From a virus (Duplodnaviria > Caudoviricetes), in IMG/VR virus record IMGVR_UViG_3300017719_000004, positions 1 through 64,000 of that record: a DNA stretch of 64,000 bases; one strand, 5' to 3'. The translations under genes and the position numbers were made by a program. Under the pieces are notes generated by a model. It had not been told where the DNA came from and ran no database searches. It was given only the letters and a program-made list of their open reading frames with translations. Shown here piece by piece: positions 17,384-27,004 of the stretch; position 1 is the stretch's first letter; each line of letters opens with the position of its first letter.

Positions 17384-18050
17384 ATGTTGAATCTGGTTCA
17401 AGTGCGATGAAGTAATCAAGGTTATAATTTGAATTAGTAAACTTAGAAAGAAGTTTCTTTGAAATTACGACATCGTAAGATCCAGGAATCAACTTGATGT
17501 TTTCAATCTTAAAGTTAAACTCAAAGGTCTTGTCAGTCTGACCAACAATCAAAGCATACTCATTAGAATTATCGTTCTTCTTATCACGGACGGTAAGAGT
17601 AATATTTTTACCATCACCGACAGCAGCTAAGTCAGGTAGTTGATAAACAGAAGATGCTTTCAGAAGCTTAGCAAGTTGTGACGATTCTAATTGAAAACGA
17701 ACATCAATGCTAGGAAGAGAGATTTCTTTTTCAGGGGGAGTGATAATGACATCAGGATCGGCAAAAGCAAACTTAACCTTAGTGCTCTTACCCTCACGGA
17801 TGATCATATAAGAGTCATGCTTGAGATCAATGTCAGGATCATTCATAAGACCCACACCGTTCAAAAACTGAGGTAGATCATAGATACCAAAGTCCTTCTC
17901 AAAGTTTTCGTCAACTTCTGCTTCTGCAAGAATGTTCTTCATTACAGAAATAGTACGGAGCTTAGATCCCTTCTTTACCAGAATAGACTGGTTGATAGAA
18001 GAAAAGTTTTCAAGCAAATCAATAGTTTTATCAGAAAGTTTCATATCCAC
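17373..18050 (-). CDS. 45: Sliding clamp (T4 gp45)
   Basis: MKLSDKT..LLENFSSINQSI, FGIYDLPQFL, YFIALEPDS. Confidence 0.96.
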   Translation of the reverse strand: MDMKLSDKTIDLLENFSSINQSILVKKGSKLRTISVMKNILAEAEVDENFEKDFGIYDLPQFLNGVGLMNDPDIDLKHDSYMIIREGKSTKVKFAFADPDVIITPPEKEISLPSIDVRFQLESSQLAKLLKASSVYQLPDLAAVGDGKNITLTVRDKKNDNSNEYALIVGQTDKTFEFNFKIENIKLIPGSYDVVISKKLLSKFTNSNYNLDYFIALEPDSTYEG

Positions 18051-18501
18051 GCTCGATAGTCTCCTGGTCTAAGCCATAAAAGTGATAGAGAAGAACAGCA
18101 TAATGGATGATCTTCTTGATGTCCATTCTAGCAGATCCCTTCTTGTTATAACGGGATGCATACTTAAGAATGTTGCCACGACAGAACGCAGCACCGTCTC
18201 CACAGGATTCAATCAGATCAAGTGTCTGAATGCCGTTGGAAGCATTGTAGTGAGCACGATATGTGCCACTGATGTATTCTTTTACCTCTTCAAGAATTTT
18301 GTCTTCGTCATACTTATAAACATTCTTATACTGTTTAGGTTTTTCAACCTCATCGTTTTGCTTAGGCCAAGTAAACCCATCTGCAGTCAATTCATAATCA
18401 TTGTTTTCTGGAGTGTATTCAAATCCACCATTTTGTTTTACCCATTCAAGCTCGTCATCTGGACCGTACATTTCATCATATAGAAAAGACCATGAACTCA
18501 T
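18031..18501 (-). CDS. DUF3310-like protein (T7 gp1.7 nucleotide-kinase-related)
   Basis: HY...IQTLDLIE...FCRGNILKYASRY.KKG...DIKKIIHYA. Confidence 0.7.
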   Translation of the reverse strand: MSSWSFLYDEMYGPDDELEWVKQNGGFEYTPENNDYELTADGFTWPKQNDEVEKPKQYKNVYKYDEDKILEEVKEYISGTYRAHYNASNGIQTLDLIESCGDGAAFCRGNILKYASRYNKKGSARMDIKKIIHYAVLLYHFYGLDQETIERGYETF

Positions 18502-18513
18502 TGTAGCACCTCC

Positions 18514-19113
18514 TTAGGTAAATTGCAAGTCGCGTATATTAAAACTCATTGAGATTCTAGTCACATCACTTTTGAATGGATAGACGCAGTGAGGAAGGTC
18601 ACCAGGAAACATGTATAGGTCTCCTGTTTTTGGTGTTACTTTGGCATATCCAGGGCTGAAAGATGATTTACTATGGATAAACTCAAGCATGCCAGCAGCA
18701 AATGTATTAGTTTTATCAACCCACTGTTCCCGCTCTTTATCGATCTCCTCAGGAACATCAATGAATGCTACCACACTCAGATTACCATCATGAATGTGTA
18801 AAGGATTAAACTCATGCTGTTTCATGTAATTAATCCAAGGACCATTACCTAGATTATAAGTGAAATTGCCACCACCATGCCGAACCAGAGTACAGAATTC
18901 TATGATGTGGTATTCAACAAAACGGTTGAACGCAGGTTTGTCGTCTACAATTGCCTCATTTTGAATTTGGATATTGCCAGCAAGATCATAACCGACAGAT
19001 TCACTATCTGTAGATTTGCTAGCAATATCTTTGAGCATTGAAAGATGTTCCTCCGACATAGCAGTGTGATAAATCGGAGGACCAAAAAAGTTAAGAATCA
19101 TTTTCTTCAGCAT
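18514..19113 (-). CDS. 2OG-Fe(II) oxygenase-like protein
   Basis: WINYMKQHEFNPLHIHDGNLS...PKTGDLYMFPGDLPHCVYPF...RISMSFN. Confidence 0.8.
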   Translation of the reverse strand: MLKKMILNFFGPPIYHTAMSEEHLSMLKDIASKSTDSESVGYDLAGNIQIQNEAIVDDKPAFNRFVEYHIIEFCTLVRHGGGNFTYNLGNGPWINYMKQHEFNPLHIHDGNLSVVAFIDVPEEIDKEREQWVDKTNTFAAGMLEFIHSKSSFSPGYAKVTPKTGDLYMFPGDLPHCVYPFKSDVTRISMSFNIRDLQFT

Positions 19114-20161
19114 TAAGAGTAAAATCTACATCAGCGTCAACTTTGTCATAGAGTTCTAGGAACGCCTGTTTTGTCTCATCATCAAAACGATTCACACAAA
19201 CTTCAATAGCTTTCTGCTTATCGTTCCAAATGGAATAAGCACGAGCAATGTGAACCAAACGGCGGGTAGAAATAACCTCCTCAATACCACCATCGTAGAA
19301 GGTCTTACGGATAATGTCTGCCCAGTCACAGAGACGCTTACAGAAGTCCTTATCACTACAGAGTGCTGTAAGAATCTTCTGCTCTACTGTGGATGGGGGA
19401 TAAGACTGCTCAAAGGTTACAGGGAACCTCTCAAGAAATGCTTCATTCAATACATTAGTACCAATAAAACGACCATCTTCAGATCCCTTACCTTTAGTAT
19501 TGGCAGTAGCTATTACATTGAATCCTTTTACGGGTTGAACATACTTACCAATCTTCTTCAAAAACACACCCTTGCCTTCAAGGATGGATTGGAGACAGAG
19601 GATTTTGTTAGATGCAAGATCAACTTCATCTAGAAGCAACACAGCTCCCCGTGAAAGAGCCTCCACGACGGGTCCATTATGCCAGACAGTTTCGCCATTA
19701 ACAAGACGAAACCCACCAATAAGATCATCTTCGTCAGTCTCAATTGTGATGTTAACACGAATGAGTTCTCTATTTAGAGAAGCACATGCTTGTTCGACAG
19801 AGAGTGTCTTACCATTACCAGAGAGTCCTGTGATAAAGCAAGGATAGAATTCACCTGATTTGATAATTTTTTTCACATCGGAAAAGTTACCAAAGGGAAC
19901 ATATTGAGGATCTTTGGGGGGAATAAGATTTTGAATTTCCAAAGAAGGAATGGCTGATGGTGCAGTGTAATTTTCTTCAAGCTTTTCTTGAATAGTCAAG
20001 TCCCATTTTCCACGAGAAACTTTAAACTGATCCAATCTCTTAGTAACTGTTTGATAGTTAGTTTCATTCAAAGCACACCATGCACGAATATCAGAACCAG
20101 TTACATTATCACCATAAAGTGCTTGGAGAGAAGTGCGGATGTAATCAGAAGATAGCGCCAT
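19091..20161 (-). CDS. cobS: CobS-like MoxR-family AAA+ ATPase
   Basis: GLSGNGKT, ETDEDDLIGG, LLLDEVD, ATANTKG, NEAFLERF, ISTRRL. Start MALSSDY at 20161 lies downstream of TATAAT. Confidence 0.9.
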   Translation of the reverse strand: MALSSDYIRTSLQALYGDNVTGSDIRAWCALNETNYQTVTKRLDQFKVSRGKWDLTIQEKLEENYTAPSAIPSLEIQNLIPPKDPQYVPFGNFSDVKKIIKSGEFYPCFITGLSGNGKTLSVEQACASLNRELIRVNITIETDEDDLIGGFRLVNGETVWHNGPVVEALSRGAVLLLDEVDLASNKILCLQSILEGKGVFLKKIGKYVQPVKGFNVIATANTKGKGSEDGRFIGTNVLNEAFLERFPVTFEQSYPPSTVEQKILTALCSDKDFCKRLCDWADIIRKTFYDGGIEEVISTRRLVHIARAYSIWNDKQKAIEVCVNRFDDETKQAFLELYDKVDADVDFTLNAEENDS

Positions 20162-20183
20162 GGTGTCTTTCGTTGATGTAGTT

Positions 20184-20227
20184 ATTATAGGGCAGAGTGG
20201 GGCAGAGTCAGGGGCAGAGTGGTCAGT
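20184..20227 (-). promoter_or_regulatory. Early-type promoter ACTGACCAC-N29-TATAAT containing three ACTCTGCCC direct repeats
   Basis: GGGCAGAGT on + at 20190, 20200 and 20212; -10 at 20184-20189. Confidence 0.6.
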
Positions 20228-20375
20228 CATCAAATCGTCCATACTTGTACTTCATTGCTTGAAGAAACCAAGCATCGGTAAGAGACTTAGGACCATGTAT
20301 TAATATTTGCACTTGTCTTTCTTTGAGAGATGGATCTGCCAGAGCTCTCTTTTTCCATTCCTGAATGTCTTTCAT
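20223..20375 (-). CDS. Hypothetical protein, 50 aa
   Basis: MKDIQEWKKRALADPSLKERQVQILIHGPKSLTDAWFLQAMKYKYGRFDD; ATGA overlap with the upstream gene. Confidence 0.65.
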   Translation of the reverse strand: MKDIQEWKKRALADPSLKERQVQILIHGPKSLTDAWFLQAMKYKYGRFDD

Positions 20376-22486
20376 GCTACCAAAGAAATAAATTCATTTA
20401 AAATTCTCTTGTTCATTTTTTTACTAGACAAGGATCTTTTAAAAGCATTTTTTATAGTTGCCTTTGATGCTCCAGTGTTAACAGCAAACTCAGTACTATT
20501 AGAAAGAGATGAATTACCCACAACAAAGTAGGAATCATATCCAGCATTTTTAATAGTAAAGGTTTTTTCTTTCCTCCAACTACGGATTGCTTTCTCTTGA
20601 TCTTCCCATCTATCAATGTATTGACGGATCATTGCCGAGTAAGACCCTCCGTGTTCCAAAATACGAAATCCAATAAAGTTTGTATTAGGGAAAGTTTCTT
20701 TTAAGTCAGTCAACATACACTTAGTAAACTGAGAGTAGATCCAAGAGAGAGGACGAACCGTTCCAGTTTTAAGATTTCTAAGAATAGTACTGTCACCAAT
20801 CCTACGATTACGAACACTATAATCACATTCCCAACTACGCTTCATCATGACAGTCCGAGAGGGAACTTGTGCTTCACCATCGGTAAGAATAACACAATTT
20901 ATTTTCTGCACTCCATTCCTTTTTTTAAAGTCAGGAATAATATAATGAAGAGTTATGATAGCTTCATTTAAAGGAGTACCTGATAAGTATAGACGAGCAG
21001 GACAAAGCCCAGAATGATCTGTAAAGGAGCTAGCAAGTCTCCAAATATTCATCATTTGACGATTAGCACTAGCATTATTTACATTACTAGTCAAAAGATT
21101 GAGCATGGAAAACTCATCACTAACAGATATCGTACCTTCTTTCTTTTCAATATTAGAGAAACGACCCGCTTTATAATTCCATTCAGAAGTAAATGCATAT
21201 ACATCATAAGGAATACCTACCTTACGACAGAACCAGATCAAATTATAGAGTTGTTTAATAGTTGGGATGAGAGAATTTGCCATAGATCCAGACCAATCCA
21301 AAACAAAAATTAATCCATGGTTCTTACCATCTGGAGTAGTAGTAACTTTTTTAAAAAGATCTTCATTATATTTGTAGGTATGCAGCTTAGAGCAATCCAA
21401 AACTCCAGTACGACTAGTTGTTGCACGAGCATAAGAATCTGCAGACTTCTTACATTCAAATTCTTTAATCAAATAATTAACTTCTTTGTTTGAATCTTTC
21501 TTAAATTTTTTAAATTCATCATCTTGACGAGCTAGCATATCAGTATAGTATGAGTGATATTCTTTACGCTCCTCAAACCACCTTTGCCATTCTTCCTCAG
21601 CATATTCGTGAATTTCTTTAGCAGAAATAACAGTATGATTCAAATCGATCTTAGGAATTGTCACATAATTATTTTCATGAACTTCCATATCAGCAAGATT
21701 CTTTAGATGATTCTCAAATGCCTCAGCAGTTTTAGACTCTTGTTCATCAACGGTCTCATCATCTTCACTTCCAGTTTCATCAGACTCGCTCGGTACTTGC
21801 TCGGTAACTTGCTCGGTCTCTCTATTCTCTTCCTCCCTTTTCGCTGCTTCTTCCAGCATCTCTTCATGCGTCATACCTTCTTGCTCAACTTCACTAGTAG
21901 TATTTCCCACTTGTGGTTGGATTTCTGGAGTGGAAGGTTCGTCATTCACAAAATCATTTAAAAGCTTTGCTGCCATCAAAGCGTCATCAAAAGTCTCAGC
22001 ATTTTCAACGGCATCAACAACTACCATCTCTTTCTCAGAGAATTCAATATTGACATGAGTGCCCAGTTTAAAATGCAAATTTATCCTATCAGCAAAAGAA
22101 AACTTATCTAAATCCTCACCTTCAATATCGAAGAAGTCACTATCATTAAGGTCAGAATATCCACGATAAAATGTCTTACAAAGACCAGCATACCTACGCT
22201 TCATCAACTTTTCAATGCGAGCATCTTCAGTAATGTTCACAAAAGTTTGAGGTACATCACTCCATTCTAATTCTACAGACCAATTCCTAGGGTCTGTGAA
22301 TAGAGCATGACCAACCTCATGAGATACCAAGAGATCATATACATCAACCGAAGATATCTTCCAATTAGGTAGAGTTAGTACACGACGAACTACATCAAAC
22401 TGAGCAGTCTCAACAGCACGATGCTCAACAATTAGATTCTCAGTAGCGAGCAATCGTGCCAGTTTGCCTTTGATCTCGTGGAACAT
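20372..22486 (-). CDS. Metallopeptidase-like (HExxH) plus VWA domain protein, CobT-like partner of the CobS ATPase
   Basis: SHEVGHAL, NITEDARIE, acidic linker, MIDAS LDWSGSM, SGTPL, ILTDGE. Confidence 0.85.
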   Translation of the reverse strand: MFHEIKGKLARLLATENLIVEHRAVETAQFDVVRRVLTLPNWKISSVDVYDLLVSHEVGHALFTDPRNWSVELEWSDVPQTFVNITEDARIEKLMKRRYAGLCKTFYRGYSDLNDSDFFDIEGEDLDKFSFADRINLHFKLGTHVNIEFSEKEMVVVDAVENAETFDDALMAAKLLNDFVNDEPSTPEIQPQVGNTTSEVEQEGMTHEEMLEEAAKREEENRETEQVTEQVPSESDETGSEDDETVDEQESKTAEAFENHLKNLADMEVHENNYVTIPKIDLNHTVISAKEIHEYAEEEWQRWFEERKEYHSYYTDMLARQDDEFKKFKKDSNKEVNYLIKEFECKKSADSYARATTSRTGVLDCSKLHTYKYNEDLFKKVTTTPDGKNHGLIFVLDWSGSMANSLIPTIKQLYNLIWFCRKVGIPYDVYAFTSEWNYKAGRFSNIEKKEGTISVSDEFSMLNLLTSNVNNASANRQMMNIWRLASSFTDHSGLCPARLYLSGTPLNEAIITLHYIIPDFKKRNGVQKINCVILTDGEAQVPSRTVMMKRSWECDYSVRNRRIGDSTILRNLKTGTVRPLSWIYSQFTKCMLTDLKETFPNTNFIGFRILEHGGSYSAMIRQYIDRWEDQEKAIRSWRKEKTFTIKNAGYDSYFVVGNSSLSNSTEFAVNTGASKATIKNAFKRSLSSKKMNKRILNEFISLVA

Positions 22487-22508
22487 GCTACCTCTCTCGT
22501 ATGTACCT

Positions 22509-22552
22509 ATTATAAAACCCCTGACAGTAGTCAGAGGTCTTTAGTGGACAGT
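22509..22552 (-). promoter_or_regulatory. Early-type promoter ACTGTCCAC-N29-TATAAT with internal inverted repeat
   Basis: Inverted repeat 22517-22525/22530-22538; -10 at 22509-22514. Confidence 0.6.
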
Positions 22553-22563
22553 TTGTAATGCGT

Positions 22564-23097
22564 CTACCTACCCATCATACAAGCAACACTAACTCTCCAG
22601 AAAGGAGTATCTACTTTGATAGGAAGAGCATCATGAAGTTCGTTTGATCTAAAGACAACAAAATCTCCAGGCTCAAAAGTATAAGTACGATCCTCTATTT
22701 GTAGTTCACCTCCCCATGAGGGGTCCCATTGAGGAGTAAGAAATCCAACAACGCTCCAAATGTATTTACCTTTAGCATCACCGTCTGTATGGAAGACAGA
22801 AATATTTCCTTTTCTTTGTGCGTTGAATCCAATCGCACCTAGTGATCCAACTGGTAAAGTAAACCCATACTCTTCTTGTATTCTATCACGAAGAACACTC
22901 ATCAAACAAATAAAGTATCCAGATAAGAAAGGACTGTGCATACCATTAGCATCCATAGCCACTGTTCTTGGATAATGCGTAAGTGGATCATCAATACCGC
23001 CATAAGCGCCACCAATTTTCCAAGTCGCTTCTCCCATCAAGTGCCCATATACTTGTTCGACATCAGCTTTAGATAAAAGATTTTTTACAATGTACAT
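22564..23097 (-). CDS. 2OG-Fe(II) oxygenase (prolyl-hydroxylase-like)
   Basis: FHTD, WDPSWGGEL, FRSNELHDA, RVSVA. Confidence 0.85.
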   Translation of the reverse strand: MYIVKNLLSKADVEQVYGHLMGEATWKIGGAYGGIDDPLTHYPRTVAMDANGMHSPFLSGYFICLMSVLRDRIQEEYGFTLPVGSLGAIGFNAQRKGNISVFHTDGDAKGKYIWSVVGFLTPQWDPSWGGELQIEDRTYTFEPGDFVVFRSNELHDALPIKVDTPFWRVSVACMMGR

Positions 23098-23100
23098 AAT

Positions 23101-24831
23101 CTATCCTTCAACGGATGTTTTTTCACTCATGTAAGAGAACCCACCTTTCTTACTGAATTCTACCACATTATTAAATTTGTCCAGCATGTCTGCTTTGTGA
23201 GAAATCACAAAGGTATTTGCATCTTGAATAACGAATCTAATAATCTTAGTAAACTCATCCGTACCTACAGTATCTAGAGAGCTATCAAATACTTCATCTA
23301 GAATTAAGAGATTTGTATTAGCAGAGTTTTTAAACCTGGCAACTTCTCTCCAAGCAAAGAGAAGTGCCAAGTCAATTCTCATTTTCTCCCCCTCAGAAAA
23401 CGAGGAATAAGTGAACTTATCATGGACCGGGCTTTGAATCGTCTCTCCAAATTCTTCGTCAAGATGTAAGTTGACATAAAAGTCCATCATCTGAAGATAT
23501 CGGTTAACTTGCTTATTAATAAGGGGAAGATACTTTTTGATTATCTTTGTCTTTACTCCGCCATCTTTGAGCATAGAGTAAGCAAAATCATTGTATTTGA
23601 CTTCCTCGTTTTTATCGGCAAGTTTCCCAAATACTACTTGAAGATCGTCCTTAAACCCATCTAACTTCTCATGTTCAGAATTTCTGTTTTGTAGCTGACT
23701 GGTAAGAGTTTGAATTTCCGATTGTAAATCTCTGACTTGGCGTTGAAATCCAGAAATCCTAACATTATTCTGAGAAATGTCATGTGTGAGTTCAGTAATC
23801 TCCGTTGATAATTTTTTGAAGTGACGCTCTTTATCTTCTTCTATCCGTATCGACTCCTCCAGTTTTAAGAAACCTTCTTGGAGTTCCTTTGCTTTAAATT
23901 GAGCGTCACTGATTTTATTTATTCTAAAATCTTCTTCGATAGATTGGGTACATGTAGGGCATACCGTATTCTCTGTGAAAAACTTATGCTCTTTAGTAAT
24001 AGTCGCTACCTTATTAGATATCTTTCCTTTTAATCCACCAAGCTCACGAAGTTTTTTAGTTGCATTGTTATAATTACCTAACTCATTCTGCAGAGATTCT
24101 ACCTGTAACGAAAGTTTTTTATTATTTTCGTCTGCTTCCAAAGCATCCTGAATGAGTCTCTCTACCTTTGTTTCGTTCTTATCAATATTATCTTTGTGCC
24201 TGGTCTCTAGATCTTCAATGAAAGATGATTGCATTGAAATCTTATCTTTAATATTAGACTTCTTTAGGGTAAGACTTTTAATAACCTCTCTAGACTGCCG
24301 AATATCCTCCTTCAGCAGGTTGTTCATAGCTGAGAAGATACGAATGTCAAGAAGGTCCTCAATCACCTCTCTACGGTGCGACTGAGACAACTGCATGAAG
24401 GGCACGAAGTTACTACTACCCAATATAACAATCTGAGTAAAAGATTTATAGTTTAGTTTAAGAATCTGATCTTCTACAATCTTTTGATTTGCTCTGTCAT
24501 CAGCTTCTTTATTTTTCATTTCACCATCAACAAGAACATCAAACACATTTGGTTTGATGCCCCTACGAACCATATACTTTTTAGGTCCTACAGAAAACTC
24601 AACCTCAACTAAGCATCCCTTTTCATTGGAACTATTAACTAGTTGTGGTTTGTTAATCTTACGATATGGTTTATTGAATAGTGCAAAACATAATGCATCA
24701 AGCATTGTAGATTTTCCAGCACCGTTTGTACCTATAACCAATGTAGTGGAACTCTTATTGAGTTGAATTTCTGTCCACTGATCTCCAGTAGATAAAAAAT
24801 TCTTCCATCTAATTTTTTCAAATGTTATCAT
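23101..24831 (-). CDS. 46: Recombination endonuclease ATPase subunit (T4 gp46, Rad50-like)
   Basis: GTNGAGKST, CPTC zinc hook, FSEGEKMRIDLA, ILDEVFDSSLD. Confidence 0.97.
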   Translation of the reverse strand: MITFEKIRWKNFLSTGDQWTEIQLNKSSTTLVIGTNGAGKSTMLDALCFALFNKPYRKINKPQLVNSSNEKGCLVEVEFSVGPKKYMVRRGIKPNVFDVLVDGEMKNKEADDRANQKIVEDQILKLNYKSFTQIVILGSSNFVPFMQLSQSHRREVIEDLLDIRIFSAMNNLLKEDIRQSREVIKSLTLKKSNIKDKISMQSSFIEDLETRHKDNIDKNETKVERLIQDALEADENNKKLSLQVESLQNELGNYNNATKKLRELGGLKGKISNKVATITKEHKFFTENTVCPTCTQSIEEDFRINKISDAQFKAKELQEGFLKLEESIRIEEDKERHFKKLSTEITELTHDISQNNVRISGFQRQVRDLQSEIQTLTSQLQNRNSEHEKLDGFKDDLQVVFGKLADKNEEVKYNDFAYSMLKDGGVKTKIIKKYLPLINKQVNRYLQMMDFYVNLHLDEEFGETIQSPVHDKFTYSSFSEGEKMRIDLALLFAWREVARFKNSANTNLLILDEVFDSSLDTVGTDEFTKIIRFVIQDANTFVISHKADMLDKFNNVVEFSKKGGFSYMSEKTSVEG

Positions 24832-25087
24832 CTTGTGAAGGTGGAATTACGATGTCTTGGGAGGTAATCACTGAATACTTATAATTATACAGCTCACAGG
24901 CTTTTATTGCAAGGTCTTCTTCAATCTCAATCGTTGACATTTCAACTCCATGATCTTCTTCAAGTTGCTGTGCATATCTAACTGCATCGTCTTCTTCCTC
25001 AAAGATAAAAAGGACCTTGTTTCCTCTACGATCTTTTACGGCATATGCCCCTTCTTCCTTTTTATCTTTCTCAGTCAATAAAAACAT
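24818..25087 (-). CDS. Hypothetical protein (DUF3110-like)
   Basis: EGAYAV...VLFIFEEEDDAVRYA; lies between gp47 and gp46. Confidence 0.7.
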   Translation of the reverse strand: MFLLTEKDKKEEGAYAVKDRRGNKVLFIFEEEDDAVRYAQQLEEDHGVEMSTIEIEEDLAIKACELYNYKYSVITSQDIVIPPSQDDNI

Positions 25088-26139
25088 TATTCAACTTCAC
25101 AAGCTTTTGAGTATAAAGAACCGAATAGGGTTTTAATTCTAGACTTATCAATATCTGTTTCAGTATCTTCAATACATCTATTTAAAATAGACATCGTATT
25201 CTCTTCTTCACTAATATCTAAATCTTCTCCATGTAACCATCCTTGATTATAATCAAAGTTTTCAATAACTTTGAGTTCTTCTACACCAACAGTATACAGT
25301 TTATCAATAAACTTTTCAAAGTCTTTTGGTTTTGTTTTTTTACGAACAATAACTTTAACGATTTTACCGGCATATTCTGAAGCATTAAACATCTGATGAG
25401 GAGTATCTTCATAATAGATGTTGTAGAACATATGATTGGGATTATCAACCTGTTCTAAATCGTATGTCTCAGTATCAAAGAGATGGAAGCCTCTAGGGTC
25501 GTTAACATCGTTCCAATACAATTCATAAGGATTTCCCAAATAAAAGACTTGACCATCGTTACTACGAGTGTGATAGTGTCCAGTAAATACACGATCAAAT
25601 TTCCTCAAATACTCTGCTTCATATCCACGGTCTTGCATGAACCCACGATAAGCAGCAAACCCGTTAAGTTCTAAATGCCCAACAGCAATTTTTGCAGTGC
25701 TCTTATTAATAAGGTTTAGAGTTTGCTGTTCATTCTCTTTATTAATCCAAGAGATAAATGCAAATTTTGTACCACCAATCAAGTGCTCTGCATAATCAGT
25801 GATAGGGATGATGTTATCATACTCTCGTAATAATAAATCGATTGTATTAATTGAGTTATTATTTTTGTAATAGGCAGTATGATTACCCACAACAGTGTAT
25901 ACAGTGATCCCCATATCACGGAGACGATCGTAGTAATTCTCTTTAGCCCATTTGAGAGACCAGAAGTCAATGCTCCGACGATTGTCGAAAGTATCTCCCA
26001 TATCGATAATAGTTGTGATACCCTCAGCAAGAAGAGTAGGAAAAAAGGTTTCATCATAAAATTTTAAAAAATAATCATGAAACAATTTACTGCCCTTACG
26101 AGCACCAAAGTGCTGATCAGTTATGATTCCAATTTTCAT
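25087..26139 (-). CDS. 47: Recombination endonuclease nuclease subunit (T4 gp47, Mre11-like)
   Basis: TDQHFG, MGDTFDNR, VGNH, GHLE, FTGHYH. Confidence 0.96.
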   Translation of the reverse strand: MKIGIITDQHFGARKGSKLFHDYFLKFYDETFFPTLLAEGITTIIDMGDTFDNRRSIDFWSLKWAKENYYDRLRDMGITVYTVVGNHTAYYKNNNSINTIDLLLREYDNIIPITDYAEHLIGGTKFAFISWINKENEQQTLNLINKSTAKIAVGHLELNGFAAYRGFMQDRGYEAEYLRKFDRVFTGHYHTRSNDGQVFYLGNPYELYWNDVNDPRGFHLFDTETYDLEQVDNPNHMFYNIYYEDTPHQMFNASEYAGKIVKVIVRKKTKPKDFEKFIDKLYTVGVEELKVIENFDYNQGWLHGEDLDISEEENTMSILNRCIEDTETDIDKSRIKTLFGSLYSKACEVE

Positions 26140-26354
26140 TTCAAATGATGTGGTTTGTGTTCTCTATCCATAGGTAAGGATGAAATTACTGGAGATTTAG
26201 TTTTGTTTTTAATGACAATAAATTTATCTGCAGCAAATGTACCAGCTATCTCAATCGCAATTTCATCACCATCATCCCATACTGGATCACCGTTCTTTTT
26301 ACGCATGTCCATGGCACATGCTATTTCATCAATTAGATTTTGAGTCAGTTTCAT
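26136..26354 (-). CDS. Hypothetical protein, 72 aa
   Basis: ORF overlaps the gp47 start (ATGA). Confidence 0.7.
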   Translation of the reverse strand: MKLTQNLIDEIACAMDMRKKNGDPVWDDGDEIAIEIAGTFAADKFIVIKNKTKSPVISSLPMDREHKPHHLK

Positions 26355-26469
26355 TTACTTTACCTTGTTCTAGATCACGAAGTCTTTTACGCCAATACCC
26401 CCTATCAGAATTATCTCGACATGGGTCTGATTCTTTTACTTGCTTAGTAAGACGCTCTCTGTCGTTCAT
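26329..26469 (-). CDS. Hypothetical protein, 46 aa
   Basis: MNDRERLTKQVKESDPCRDNSDRGYWRKRLRDLEQGKVNETDSKSN; ATGA overlap with the gp55 stop. Confidence 0.55.
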   Translation of the reverse strand: MNDRERLTKQVKESDPCRDNSDRGYWRKRLRDLEQGKVNETDSKSN

Positions 26470-26939
26470 CTTGATGTCCTGTATTGAATGTTATCTTTGA
26501 TGGTGTTGTAGTCGCTTGTAGACCCGTTAGCTCCATCTTCAATAACCATTACTTGATCATATCCAGTTCTTTCAATAATTTTTGTTTTAATTTCTAATTG
26601 CTTTTTTTCTTTCTGAATTCTACGAAGAAATGCGTAGTAAATAATCTGAGTAAAATATGCAAAAGGATTTGTTGATTTCTCTGGATTGAAGTTATGAATA
26701 TATTGTACACAATTCTCAATACCATCACCAATCATATCCTCTCGGAACATATAGTTCACGAAGTTAGGTTTGTATGAAAGGTGCGTAGCAATCTTAAGAA
26801 AACAGTCACCCAAATAATTACTAATAGGTGGAGGAGTATCTCCATTCTCTTTAGCAAGTCTTGATTTGATGCGATATTCAACCATCGCATCTAACAATTC
26901 TTTATTATTTACATAATGTTCAGATCTTTTTTTAGGCAT
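26466..26939 (-). CDS. 55: Late-transcription sigma factor (T4 gp55)
   Basis: HYVNNKEL, KPNFVNYMFREDMI.DGIENC, NPFAYFTQIIYYAFLRRI.KEKKQ. Confidence 0.96.
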   Translation of the reverse strand: MPKKRSEHYVNNKELLDAMVEYRIKSRLAKENGDTPPPISNYLGDCFLKIATHLSYKPNFVNYMFREDMIGDGIENCVQYIHNFNPEKSTNPFAYFTQIIYYAFLRRIQKEKKQLEIKTKIIERTGYDQVMVIEDGANGSTSDYNTIKDNIQYRTSR

Positions 26940-26962
26940 ATCTGCTGTAGGTTCATGTTTAT

Positions 26963-27004
26963 ATTATAGCACAACTTGACAAACTATGCTTTTCTCTGTA
27001 GAAT
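26963..27004. promoter_or_regulatory. Divergent promoters: minus-strand TGCTATAAT toward gp55 and plus-strand TTGACA-N17-TAGAAT
   Basis: TTGACA 26976-26981 and TAGAAT 26999-27004 on +; ATTATAGCA 26963-26971 reads TGCTATAAT on -. Confidence 0.65.

Noticed and set aside
20190-20220. GGGCAGAGT repeats as a mini-CRISPR or iteron origin
   Set aside because: Only three 9-10-bp units with no spacers, sitting in a promoter spacer.
20162-20242. N-terminal extension of CobS (MDDLMTDHSAPDSAPLCP...)
   Set aside because: It is a translation of the promoter/repeat region; TATAAT lies inside it, so the start at 20161 is preferred.
19091-22486. cobS/cobT as cobalamin biosynthesis genes
   Set aside because: The motifs fit a generic MoxR AAA+ and VWA pair common in T4-like phages; there is no cobN or other cob gene in the window.
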